The notes under the pieces are model-generated. The model was given only the letters and a program-made list of their open reading frames with translations, was not told the DNA's origin and did not search any database. The position numbers were made by a program, and so were the translations under genes. Of a DNA stretch of 64,000 nt, positions 39,089 through 51,662 are shown piece after piece. The first letter of the stretch is position 1; the number at the start of each line of letters is the position of its first letter. Source of the DNA: Octopus sinensis (lineage: Eukaryota); contig NC_043015.1 in assembly GCF_006345805.1 (NCBI RefSeq), positions 21,204,001-21,268,000 on the forward strand. The letters run 5' to 3'.

Positions 39089-39782
39089 CTAAACTATGTC
39101 ATTGTAAGAAAAAATTTATAATATTCTTCACACATATTGACTCAAATATATATTTTTTAACCTTTTAAAACAAGCCTTCTGTAGTTTTTTCACTTTTTAC
39201 TATTTTCTATATATATATATATATATATACATGGGTGTGTGCGTGTTTGTATGTATGCATACCCCTAAGGAATGAGGGAAACAGAAAATGGAATTCACGA
39301 GAATCTTTATTCATCACATCAATCGTTTGGAGCCATCTTAGATCGGACTTTTGCGGATGGGATATTATACAACGGATGGTACTGCGTCCTCTGGTGTAGA
39401 CATATCACGTCAGGTAACTTTTTAAAAAAATCATACCTTACTCAGTATGAAATATATATTATAGTGGGGTAGGTCGGTTAATTGAGTTACTCTTGTTACT
39501 GATGGCCTGAGACCACACAGTCGAAGATCGCTGGACAATGGCAAAGAGAAATAATCATTTAGTGTTTACACTTAAAAATGAGACTTTTCCCCCTCCATAC
39601 TTTAAAGAGGTCTCAGGCCAGCAGTGTTTAGGGAGTGAGGATACGCCGTAAGGCCAAACTCTTACGAGCGAAAAACCCAGGGTAACCTTATAAACTGGCC
39701 TACACCACTATAATATTAACTGCTCTACATCTTAGAGTGATGTGCTTCTACTCCGGATTATTGTATTTCTACAAATGATCCT

Positions 39783-40096
39783 TACATTATTTGTCCTCAG
39801 CTTTTTTGTTGTTAACACAACGTTTCGGCTGATATACCCCCTCCCCAGCCTTCAGGTGTCCTGGGGAAATTTCGAACCTATGTCCTCATTCCTAAGGTAT
39901 TTTTCAATGATATTATTATTGTTATTATTATTATTATTATTATTAGTAATAGTAGTAGTATTCAGGTCACTGCCTGGTATTGAACTCGGAATCTTAGGGT
40001 TAGTAGCACGCGCTCTAAACCACTACGCCATATGCCAGTAGGCAAATGTAAATAATGTAAATAATGTACATGATTCCTAATTTTTTAGATATAGAA

Positions 40097-40097
<1 letters not shown>
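39783..40097 (-). mobile_element. tRNA-headed SINE with hammerhead-type 3' region and inverted tail
   Basis: Minus-strand head 39965-40036 (TGGCGTAGTGG A box, GAGTTCAATACC B box), (AAT)n, then gacac-CTGA[TGA missing]AGGCTG...CAGCC-GAAACGTT-gtgtt at 39814-39860; plus-strand tail 40045-40097 matches 31480-31520. Confidence 0.75.
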
Positions 40098-40143
<46 letters not shown>

Positions 40144-40195
40144 AACCATTCAAACACTGAGGTTTGATATATATACACATACATACATACACACA

Positions 40196-40279
<84 letters not shown>

Positions 40280-40294
40280 TTTATACGTATGTAT

Positions 40295-40489
40295 ATTTGC
40301 GTGTCTCTGTTTGTCCTCACATCATCGTTTGACAATCCATTGGTGTGTTTATGTACCCGCGATATAGTAATTCGTCAAATAGAGACCGATAGATTTAGTA
40401 CTAGGCTCGCAAAAAATAAGTAGTGATGTCGATTCGTTCGACTAAAGGCGGGGCTCCAGCATGACCGAAGTAAAATGACTGAACAAGTA
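40295..40489 (+). mobile_element. SINE family A, 3' half, degenerate
   Basis: gtcgattcgttcgactaaaggcgggctccagcatgacc...gactgaacaagtaa. Confidence 0.75.
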
Positions 40490-40499
40490 ATATATATAT

Positions 40500-40559
<60 letters not shown>

Positions 40560-40732
40560 GCCACGCGGCTCTGTCAGAAGTTATGTCGAACTCTTACACC
40601 CAAACTTTCTCTCACTCTTTCCTCATGAATCTTGCAGCTCACCTACGACGGACCGGCTCACCTACGACGACCGCCAAGGAAACCGGGAAACCGGCCCTAT
40701 GAGCCAGGCATGACTCGAGAAGGAACAAACAA
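40560..40732 (+). mobile_element. SINE 3' part sharing the family B central motif (tail type 4)
   Basis: aactttctctcactctttc followed by ggaaaccgggaaaccggccctatgagccaggcatgactcgagaagg; internal duplication of gctcacctacgacg. Confidence 0.6.
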
Positions 40733-40743
40733 CACACACACAT

Positions 40744-40781
<38 letters not shown>

Positions 40782-42047
40782 CACTGTCAGACGCATAGGT
40801 GTTGATATTTGAATGGACCTCTCTTCATTAGGATCAGTCTATTCAAAATCTTTCAATGAACTCATGCTTTTAGTGCCAAACATTTGCTCACATTGGGTTG
40901 TACACCAGATCGAACGGATGCAAAGCTCCAGCAGAAAAACTAGAACGTTCCACAGACTAACCAGCTTCATATTACTAAGTTTGGCTTCACCAAGCACTAT
41001 ATTCACCTCTTGCCTTTGAATCACTCAAACTTTTGTGATGCATGCTTCCACGAACGCTAAAGTAGGTACCAGCATACAAACTACCATGAGCGTCCTCCTA
41101 TGTATTTCAAACATTTGTCTGGTATCTACAGAAAGAAATCAATAATAATAATAATGATGATCAGTAAGAGATGGAGAAAACAGTATTAGAGATACGAGGT
41201 CATATCGAAAACAACAAAACTATGACAATAACTGTAGCAGCAGTAGGAGAAAGTTCAGAAGAAGAAGAAGAAGAAGAAGAAGAAGAAGAAGAAGAAGAAG
41301 AAGAAGAAGGGTGATGAGGGGGTGAAGAGGAAAAGAAGCAGCAGACATTTGATGTTGACAGCAAAAGAATGTGATCCGTTTAACTAAGCCACAATCCAAT
41401 TATGACGAAAATTATACGGGGTTGTGGGTGAAGAAATGGTGTTACTTGAAACAGTGTTTTATTTTTTCCATTGTGAAGTTTTTCCTATGTCGGCCAACAG
41501 CTTTTTAAGAAACAATGAAAGCTTCCGGGGGATGCTTACGTAAGACGTCAAAAAATGCGTTTCTGATGATAAATCAAGCTTTTTTTAATACATGTATTTA
41601 TTTATTATTTTAGTTGTTTTTTTTTCTCTACATCACTCCTTTTTGTTTCATTTTTAGGTTCTCAGTAAATCGATAATATGGGATGCACGCATAAATGCTG
41701 AGAGGCAGGGGACGTAATTGTTACTGATGACAGTGAAGATGGCAGTCACAAGCAATTTCGAAGACGAAGAAGAAGAAGGAAACAGCATATCGATGCCAGC
41801 AGAGAGGAAAGCAAAAGAGGAGAGAAGATTAGCTCACGGATATGGAGTGGGGTTGGGTAGGAGGAAGACATGAACGTTGTGACATAATTCGTAGAGACAT
41901 GAGATGCAATTCGAGAAGGGGGGGATGGAGGGGTCGTTTGGTACGTGAGGGTATTTAAAGAAAACACTACTACTACTACTACCACTAGTGCTGCTGCTGC
42001 TGCTGCAACTACTACTACTACTACTACTACTACTACTGCTGCTGCTG

Positions 42048-42116
<69 letters not shown>

Positions 42117-42266
42117 ATTTTGAACTTGACAAAGACAGACTTACTGTGGAAATTTCGTTCAAGCAATAAAATATTTATTACAATCGAACCGCGCTATTCG
42201 TCTTGACTGTTTACCTTCGTAAAGAGTTACGTCAAACCTTTTATAATAATAACAATAATAATAATG

Positions 42267-42320
<54 letters not shown>

Positions 42321-43545
42321 TATTTTATTGGCCTAGTAGTAGCTTGAAATTTTGGCACAAATTCAGCAATTTCTCGGGAGAAGCAAGTCGATAGACCTCA
42401 GTATTCAACTGGTACTTATTTCAGCGATCTCAAAAAGATGAATGCAAAGTCACCTCAGCGGAATTATGGACTTGAAATGCAAAGATGGACAATTTGTCGA
42501 ACACGGTAACGACTTGCAGCTCGCAGATTGCTGCTGTTTCTGTTAATGAGACCCCTTTTTCTTCTGTGCTGCTGTTTTATAGTAACAAACAACTTGATCC
42601 AACAAACTAGACATCTATCTGGTTGCGCGAACTGGTTTATGTAGATGCTAAATAATCCCTCAAGCAACAAGTCATAGTCTTAAGGGCAGATGAAATGATC
42701 ATGCCCTGGATGTTTTGTGCGGACATCACACACACACACACACGTGTGTAGGGTGGGGGGACAGAATGAACTATAAGTAAAAAGCTTGTATGTGAGAAAA
42801 CTAAGAATAAAAACGTTCCTACTATCCAATCATATCGAATAGTCTCCTGATAGACCGTTTCGCAATTTGTAGATAACTCCTCAGATGAAAGTGATTTATC
42901 CATTGACTAGATAGATAATGAATTAAAATATCAGTATATTGCTTAGTGTAATTTATATATTAGTCGTTTTGACAGCGTATCGTTTATTAGTCAGTAAATA
43001 TCGTATGTGAAATATGACGTGAATTACAAAGCCCAGCTTCAACGCCCTAACATTGTTAAGAGAAAGATGCCTTCCATGCTTCAGATACGGAGTCTTGTAA
43101 CGGACCGCGTTCCCTGGTTTAATGGTCATCCCTATTGAAAGAATTTTCCAATTTACGTCCGAAATATACAGCAGAGGAAATTCATATAGTGGAGAGTTGT
43201 AAGTTAGGTTAAACATTGCCCATTTTCCGACTGCTCGAAGGAGGAGGACTGATCTCAAAACTATATTGTTACAAAACGAAATACTTAATCCCACATTCAC
43301 GAATCATATATACACATACATATAGAAAACTGTGTAACAGTATCTACGCGTGCGTTTGAGTGTGTGTGTGAGCACGAGCGCGCATGCACAATCAATATGA
43401 GTATATATATATACACATATATATATGTATATATATATATGTATATATACACATAGATATGTACATATCTATATGTGCATATATAAATATAAATATAAAT
43501 ATATATATACATACACACAAACATGCATACACACACACACCCATA

Positions 43546-43580
<35 letters not shown>

Positions 43581-44420
43581 GATATATATATATATATGTA
43601 TGCATGTTTGTGTGTATGTATATATGTATATATGTATATATGTGTGCGTGCGTATATATATATATATACATATATACATAAAAATAGATATATATACATA
43701 TACATGTGTGTGTGCATGTATGGACTGATGTAAGTGTATATGTGTATGTATGTACGTATGTATGTGTGTGCATGATGTGTGTTTGTACGTATGTTTGTAT
43801 GTGTTTGTGTATGCATGCATGCAAGCGTGTATGTACGTATGAGGGGGCGTTTCCTTTCTTCCATTGACATTTAATAGATAGTATGACTCCGAAATAATGA
43901 GTGCAAACTAATTACGACGCAGATAATCCAAAACAAGCTACCAAATCAAACACAGAAAGAAATACAAAACACGTAAAAAGGAAGAACTAAACCGTACTGT
44001 ACTCGATGGAACCCGGGGAGTTCCCGCTTTCAGTTCAATATAATAATAACGCTGGGATATAAAATTGCGCAGTCGCCTATGCCAACTTATTCCGTTTCCT
44101 GTAATGTTTAAAACGGCGTCACTTTCAGTTTTTATCATTAAACTGAAGTGAAGCGTGCACGATGCCAAACTAATCGTACAAATGCTTCGCCTTCTACCCA
44201 TTGATTGTTATTAATTGCAGTCCCTCGTACATTTTAGAAGGTGTGACATTTGATTCCCTTCTGGTATTATATATTGTTTTGTTGCATTATGTTAGATTCT
44301 TCATTTCCGTCTTTAATTATTGCGTCTACGTATTAATACATAAAGAAATCGCATACACAACATGCCTATGTATATATACTTGTGTTTGCATACCTATATA
44401 TACTTATATATTTATATATG

Positions 44421-44523
<103 letters not shown>

Positions 44524-44619
44524 TTATATTATATATATATATATGTTTCACACAAATTCGAAACAATATATATATATATATATTATATAATATATATTTA
44601 TATATATATGTATATGTGT

Positions 44620-44654
<35 letters not shown>

Positions 44655-44880
44655 GCATATGTATATATATATACATATATATATATATGTATATGTATAT
44701 ACATATACTTATATATATATATAGATATATATATATATAGATAGATAGATAGATTAGATACACACCCATGCACATATATATGAACATATATACTTACAAA
44801 TAAGAATATGCTTGTGCGCGCGCACGTGTGTGTATGTGTTGTGTGTGAGTGTGTGTTTTTGTGTGTGTGTGTGTATGTGT

Positions 44881-44951
<71 letters not shown>

Positions 44952-45214
44952 TGTGTGCGTGCGTGCGTTTGTCGCATAATTGATTTGCAGAAAATAAAGA
45001 CAGTTATAAAACGCTTCTAAGTGCGAAAAACGAACTCGGATAAAGTAGGAATCGAGTCGCTAAGTCTATTAACATTGATTTTATTATTTAGTCTACCGTA
45101 AGTTAGTACATATCAAGGCATGTATAAAAGGAAGGAAGCTGTAAATGAAATTGATCTCTCAACCCTTTGAATCCTCATCTACGCTGTTAAACAGCAGCGA
45201 TATATTTTTTTGAA

Positions 45215-46056
45215 TATTGCACCCGGAAGATGCAAAAGTAAGCACCCGAATGCTTTTGTGTTAACGGTTGAAAATTACAATGTTTCTGCCAGTTAGTGAG
45301 GCGTAAATATAAAACTATGTGGCCACCATCTTTTGCGTCTTCCGGGGGTATAATCAAAAGTAATCGCACTCGAAGAAGTGTACACGTCGGTTCAGAAGGT
45401 TAAGACAGAAGGTAATTAATTTAATGATAGCTGATGTCAACTCAGAGAGAAGAATCAGGGAGATAAAGGAACTGTGAGATGCTATATGATGCTACGTTGT
45501 ATAAAGACAGCGGATTAAAAAATAATCTTAGAGCAAAATTATATGTGAGTTTTCAAGGAATATAACGCATGAATATTAATATGGTTTCAAATTTTGCACA
45601 AAGCGAGCAGTTTTGCACAAAGTCGACAATATTAACCCCAGTGAATGACTGATGCTTATTTCATCGAAAGAATGAAAAGTATATTCGAACCCAGAGAAAT
45701 TTGAACTCATAACTTGAACATGACAGTGTGCCGCGTTTTATAATAGAGTTGATACTGTAGACCTCAGTACTTGGCGGGGTGCAACGGAAGTCAGAGTTGA
45801 CCTCCGCAGCATCACAATCAAGAAAGTGAGAAAAAAGAAACAGATAATGGTTTAAAATTTTGCCACAATGGCTGCAATTTTGAGTGGGTGGGGTATGAGT
45901 CGATTAGATCGATACAATTGCTCCACAGGTACATATTTCAGGGATCCCAATAGTAAAAAATGCCATGTCGACCTCGTTGGAATTTGAACGTAAAGACTGA
46001 CGAAATGTCGCTGAGCATTTTGCCTGCCGTGCTAACGATTCTGCTAGCTCACCGCC
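45215..46056. repeat. Diverged local segmental duplication, copy 1 (partner 50802-51662)
   Basis: Colinear similarity from tattgcacccggaa through the embedded family C SINE fragments. Confidence 0.9.
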
Positions 46057-46067
46057 TTGCTGTTTAT

Positions 46068-46111
<44 letters not shown>

Positions 46112-46227
46112 TATAATAGTAGTAGCAGTAGTAATAGTAGTAGTAGTAGTAGTAGTAGTAGTTGTTGTAGTAGTAATAGTAATAGTAATAATAATAATTA
46201 TAATGATGATGATGATGATGATGATGA

Positions 46228-46783
46228 ATGCCCTAATGTAGTACCAGGCATTGGCTCTCATGGGTTCTGATCTTAACTGATTAGAAGTGTTATCATGTAC
46301 ATTATTTTGTCTTGGTATAACAGATGGGCTACAGCAAATATTCTGCTCAATACCACAGATTTGCTTGTCAGTTGTTTGACTTTAACCAGTTGAGCATGTC
46401 CCTTAGTGGCTAACGATATGTGCATCTCTGATCACGAGCAGAAGTAGTGGGGGAGCATCATAGCCGTGTGTTGAGAGGGATTCTTTGGGGTTTGAATAAT
46501 TCACCTCTGGAAACATGGGTGTTTTGTTCAACATCCTTAAACAACCCTTATTCAGGGACCTTTTGAGTGGGATGGGTTACTCGAACTGAAGAAAATTCTA
46601 ACTGGGCCCCACCTGCAAGGTCATGTGCTGTTTATCTTGATATGAGATCACCATGTCGCGCACATATGGTTGTGATGCATGTGCCTGGTGTACCTTTATC
46701 AGACGGGTAGTGGTGATGGGTATACTGGGCTTCGTATATTTTACCCCAGTGTCACTTTGATGGCATGAACTGCTCTCTCACTC
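46228..46783 (+). mobile_element. Non-coding interspersed element embedded in (AAT)n/(GAT)n, possibly Dong/R4-related
   Basis: Complex 555-bp block sharply bounded by trinucleotide repeats and ending ...ctctctcactc-(aat)n; no ORF. Confidence 0.5.
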
Positions 46784-46820
46784 AATAATAATAATAATAA
46801 TAATATTAATAATAATAATG

Positions 46821-46856
<36 letters not shown>

Positions 46857-46977
46857 TAATAATAATAATCCCAGTGCTCAGCTGGTATTTCCTAGGCCTT
46901 GAATTGAAGAAAAGTTAAGTCGACCTCAACTTCTCAGCACTTTGCCCAGCATGGTCACAATTCTACTAGTTCCCCGC

Positions 46978-47018
46978 GTTCTTCTTCTTCTTCTTCTTCT
47001 TCTTCTTCTTCTTCTTCT

Positions 47019-47065
<47 letters not shown>

Positions 47066-47108
47066 TTCTCTTCTTCTTCTTCTCTTCTTCTTCTTCTTCT
47101 TCTTCTTC
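46978..47108. repeat. (CTT)n microsatellite
   Basis: Direct reading. Confidence 0.95.
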
Positions 47109-48905
47109 TAGAGGTGGGGTCAAAAATGAGGTTGATTTCAGCGCATTCTGAATTCAGAATGAAATACATTTGGGGAAAATATTGTATTCATTTTTCTCCC
47201 CTATGTAGAAACGATACTGATAATTCACAGAATATAAATATCTATTATAGTTGTAAAAACAACGCATTTTCTTGGGTCACCACCGCCTTATGTCACCAGT
47301 TTTCTAATTATTATTGTATGGATCTATAGATACAAAGCATAAAACAAAGTTTGGTAAAGTATTTAAATGCTCTTGTTATTACTTAAACAAAGGTGAATTC
47401 GGAACGAGCAGAAATATGGTGCGAGTAGTGTCAAAGAATCTTTCTCTTCCTGTTTAGACGACATAATTTTGTATTAGATGTATGAATCTACTGTTTGTGA
47501 CAGTTCGTTATAGTCCACACATTGTTACGTTATACGCCTCCAAACTTTAGCATCTATTAGATATATATCCTGTCTACCGTACACCATCATCACGTTACAA
47601 TAGCTATATTTCAGCTGTTGGATATTAAACACGTTTAGTTATGTAAAATTAAGAATGTGAATCGGGAGGCATTTAATGAAAAAATATTTTTTTTAAAAGT
47701 CAAGAAAAGTGCACGCACAAGTTAAATTTCACTACACGTTAACATTGGTCAACACGTTAACCAAATATTTCACCAAATAATAAATCGATTATTTGAATAA
47801 TCGTTCGGTCAATCATTCAATTAGCTAGTTATTTCAAAGTCCTTCAATGACACACCTTTTCTCCACCAGGTTTGCTTCAGGTCCTTCACGAATGGCGGAA
47901 GGACATTGCTAAAGGTAGCCGATTACCTGAGTGACTGCCTGACTAATCAATCAATGAATTAATTGGTTAATGGTTAAGTAGTTCATTAATCATTATAAAA
48001 GAAGTGAAATAGAGCCATGAACTGTAATTAATATTCACATAAAGGCCGATCTTAGATACAACAAAATCTGTTTCACGAGTTCACATCAAGAATTTTGCAA
48101 AAATAAAGAACGCACTTTTCTTTACAATCGATAGTATTTTATAAAATGCCCCTTAATATAACAAATTGCCAAAAGAATATCGAGAAGAACCACAAAACAA
48201 AAACAATATATGTTAAGTACATACATATTATACATAAACATCCATCCATCCATATATATATATATATAATATTCATATAATATATATATATATTTATATA
48301 TATATATACACTATATATATATATATATAATATTCATATAATATTTATATATACACCATATATATATAATAGGTAATATAATATATATATATATATATAT
48401 AATGTGTAATGTATATATCATATATAATATATACGCCCATACATATACGTACATACACACACACTCACACACTCATATATATGTATATATAGATATATAT
48501 TTATGTGTGTTTATGTATTTATATATGTATGTATATATGGTTATGGATATGCCAGTAATATGGTAAAAAATATGGATGTAGTATTTTAGAAACAAGATAG
48601 AAAATTGATAGAACATCGAGAAATATAATAAGAGTTATTTTTTGTCTTTACAATCAGTCATAAATCATTTTTTAAGATGAAATATTTGTGGGCGATATTA
48701 GTTAAAATGCAGCAGTTAGGAATCATGTCATGGTGACACAACATTTAAATTTCTTATTCTTATCACAAATCAAATATATATTTCTTCGCAAATTGTGCAA
48801 ATATTACTGATACATCAGCTTTTATGCTTTCTCACTCGCTGTAAGATTCGCTGTCTTGCCTCTGTAATATATATATGTATATGTATATGTATATGTATAT
48901 ATATA

Positions 48906-48967
<62 letters not shown>

Positions 48968-49026
48968 GTATATATATATATAGAGAGAGAGAGGACAGAG
49001 AGAAATGTGTATATATGTATATATAA

Positions 49027-49073
<47 letters not shown>

Positions 49074-50801
49074 CGGGGGGGTGTTTGTATTGTGCATTTC
49101 TGTTTTCTATTAATGCTTATATATGTACACATGCAAACATAAATGGATACACATATTTATACATACGTATATATTATCATATATGTGTATATGAATACAC
49201 ATACAAGCATATATAAATACAAGCATACATACATTGATACATATGTATATAGTTACTCATCAGCGTTCATATATATACATATATGTATACACACAAAGTC
49301 ATTAAATCGTAGTAGACGGTTTGAAATGCCAAGAGATTTTTTAATTATATGAAAACATACTCAAACAAACACATACCCACACACAAACACACGTACACAC
49401 CTATACACAGAAACAATCACATTCAGCATGCACACTCTTAGATGTAATATATATATCATATGTCGTCGAAACTTCGAAGTTACTCTTAATAAAAATATCA
49501 AAATTATTAACCTATATTTTTAGCTTTCATTTAATATTCGCCGTTTTATGAGCTTGTGACCACATATTTTGTTAGATTTATATGTATTCATCTACGAATA
49601 TATGTATGTATATATGTATATATATATATATATATATATGTAAGCATGGATGCCTCTACCTACGTATACATGTATTTGTGTACGAATATATTTGTGTATA
49701 TATGTATATATACATGTATCTATTTATATGTGTATACATACGATTGTATATAATTCTATATATATATGTTTGTATATATATATATATATATATATGCATA
49801 TATAAATGTTATGTATATATATATATATAAATATATGTTTATATATATGTAATGCATATACGTATGTGTATATAACTATATGTACGTATATATATTATAG
49901 ATTTACATATAATATGCACAAACGCATACATACATATATTTGCATGTGTATGTAACTGTCAATGCATAAATACACATATGCATATATTTATATGTGTATA
50001 TATTTTATTACGAGTGTTCATTGTTCTTTGAATCACCAGAAAGAGAATTGAATGTTTCTTACTTACGAAAATAAAATGCAAGTGACTGGAACATATTACA
50101 TCTACTTTAAGATAGTCGTGATGAAATATATTACGAACATATTATGTGCCTTAATGGTATAAATGCGATGGCGGCTAATTAGCAGGATCGATAATGTTGT
50201 GGTCAATATATTGTCTTTAGTTACGTCCCTTTGTGTTCATTATTGTTACGTAACAATTCTGTTACAAAATGTCAGAATACTATTTCTGGAAGCCATTTCA
50301 TCTTGTACTATGTAGACAAATACAGGTGTATCAATTACTATTCAATAAAACTTCTTGATTTATTAAGATAATCTCTGCCTCTAGAGAATATATTATAATT
50401 ACCAAATGGCAATTAAGATCAGGACCAATATAGAAATCAAAACTTCCCAAAAGCTGACATACCATTAAGGGAGAAGACAGATTTAGTGTCTTGAGATAAG
50501 TGTTTTTATCTCCATAACACTCTTTAGAACCAGGGTTATCTTCCCTTCTCTCAATTGGAGATTGTCTTTTGTATTTGGCAATTATGAATTACTCCTCCGG
50601 CGTAAGTCAAATTTAATTTGAAGCACGAATTTATATTGTATGTTATTTGATATGCCTGTATTTATCTATGATGTTCAAATACATGTCATTGGACACTTAG
50701 GCATTTCTCTTTGCTCTCCAAAAACAAAAATCTTAATCCAATAGTAACCGGTTATGGTCGACTTTCGGCGTCAAAATTGACTTCTGCAGAACTCATTTGA
50801 T

Positions 50802-51662
50802 TATTGCACCCGGAATATGCAACAACAAGCGCCCAAATGCTTTTGTGTTTACGGTTGAAAATTACAATGTTTCTCCCAGTTAGTGAGGCGTAAATATAAA
50901 AATTATGTGGCCACACTCTTTTACGTCTTCCGGGGGTATAATCAAAAGTAATCGCACTTGAAAAGCGTACACGTCGGTTCAGAAGTTTAAGACGTAAGGT
51001 AATTAATTTAATGATAGCTGATGTCAACTCAGAGAGAAGAATCCGGGAGATAAAGGAACTGTGAGTTGCTATATGATGCTACGTTGTATAAAGACAGCGC
51101 ATTAAAAAAAAAATCTAAGAGCAAATTTATATGTGAATTTTCAAGGAATATAACGCATGAATGTTAATATGGTTTCAAATTTTGCACAAAGCGAGCAGTT
51201 TTGTGGGAGGGAGTAAGTCGACAGCATCAATCCCAGTGAATGACTGATATTTATTTTAACGAAAGAATGAAAGGTAAATTTGAACCCGGGGAGGTTTGAA
51301 CTCATAACGTGAATATGGACGGTATTCCGCGTTTTATAATTAAAGGGTTTAGTTGATACTGTAGACCCCAGTAGTTGGCGGGGTGGAATGAAAGTCAGAG
51401 TTGACTTCCACGGCATCACAATCTCGAAATTAACAAAAAAACAAATGATGGTTTAAAATTTGCCACAATGGCTGCAATTTTGTATGATGGAGGATGAGTC
51501 GATTACTACAATACCAGTGCTCAACTGGTACATATTTTGTCGAACCCAAAAGGATAAAGGGCAAAGTCAACCTCGCTGGAGTTTGAATTCAGAACGTAAA
51601 GACGGACGATATGCTGCCGAGTATTTTGTCCGTCGAGGTAACGATTCTGCCAGCTCGCCGCC
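50802..51662. repeat. Diverged local segmental duplication, copy 2
   Basis: See 45215-46056. Confidence 0.9.

Noticed and set aside
40790-41100. Possible transposase fragment on the minus strand
   Set aside because: Only vague similarity; no diagnostic motif.
47900-48040. Cluster of TAAT/TGATTGAT homeodomain-like sites (similar at 10365-10415)
   Set aside because: Such motifs are expected by chance in AT-rich DNA; no conservation data available.
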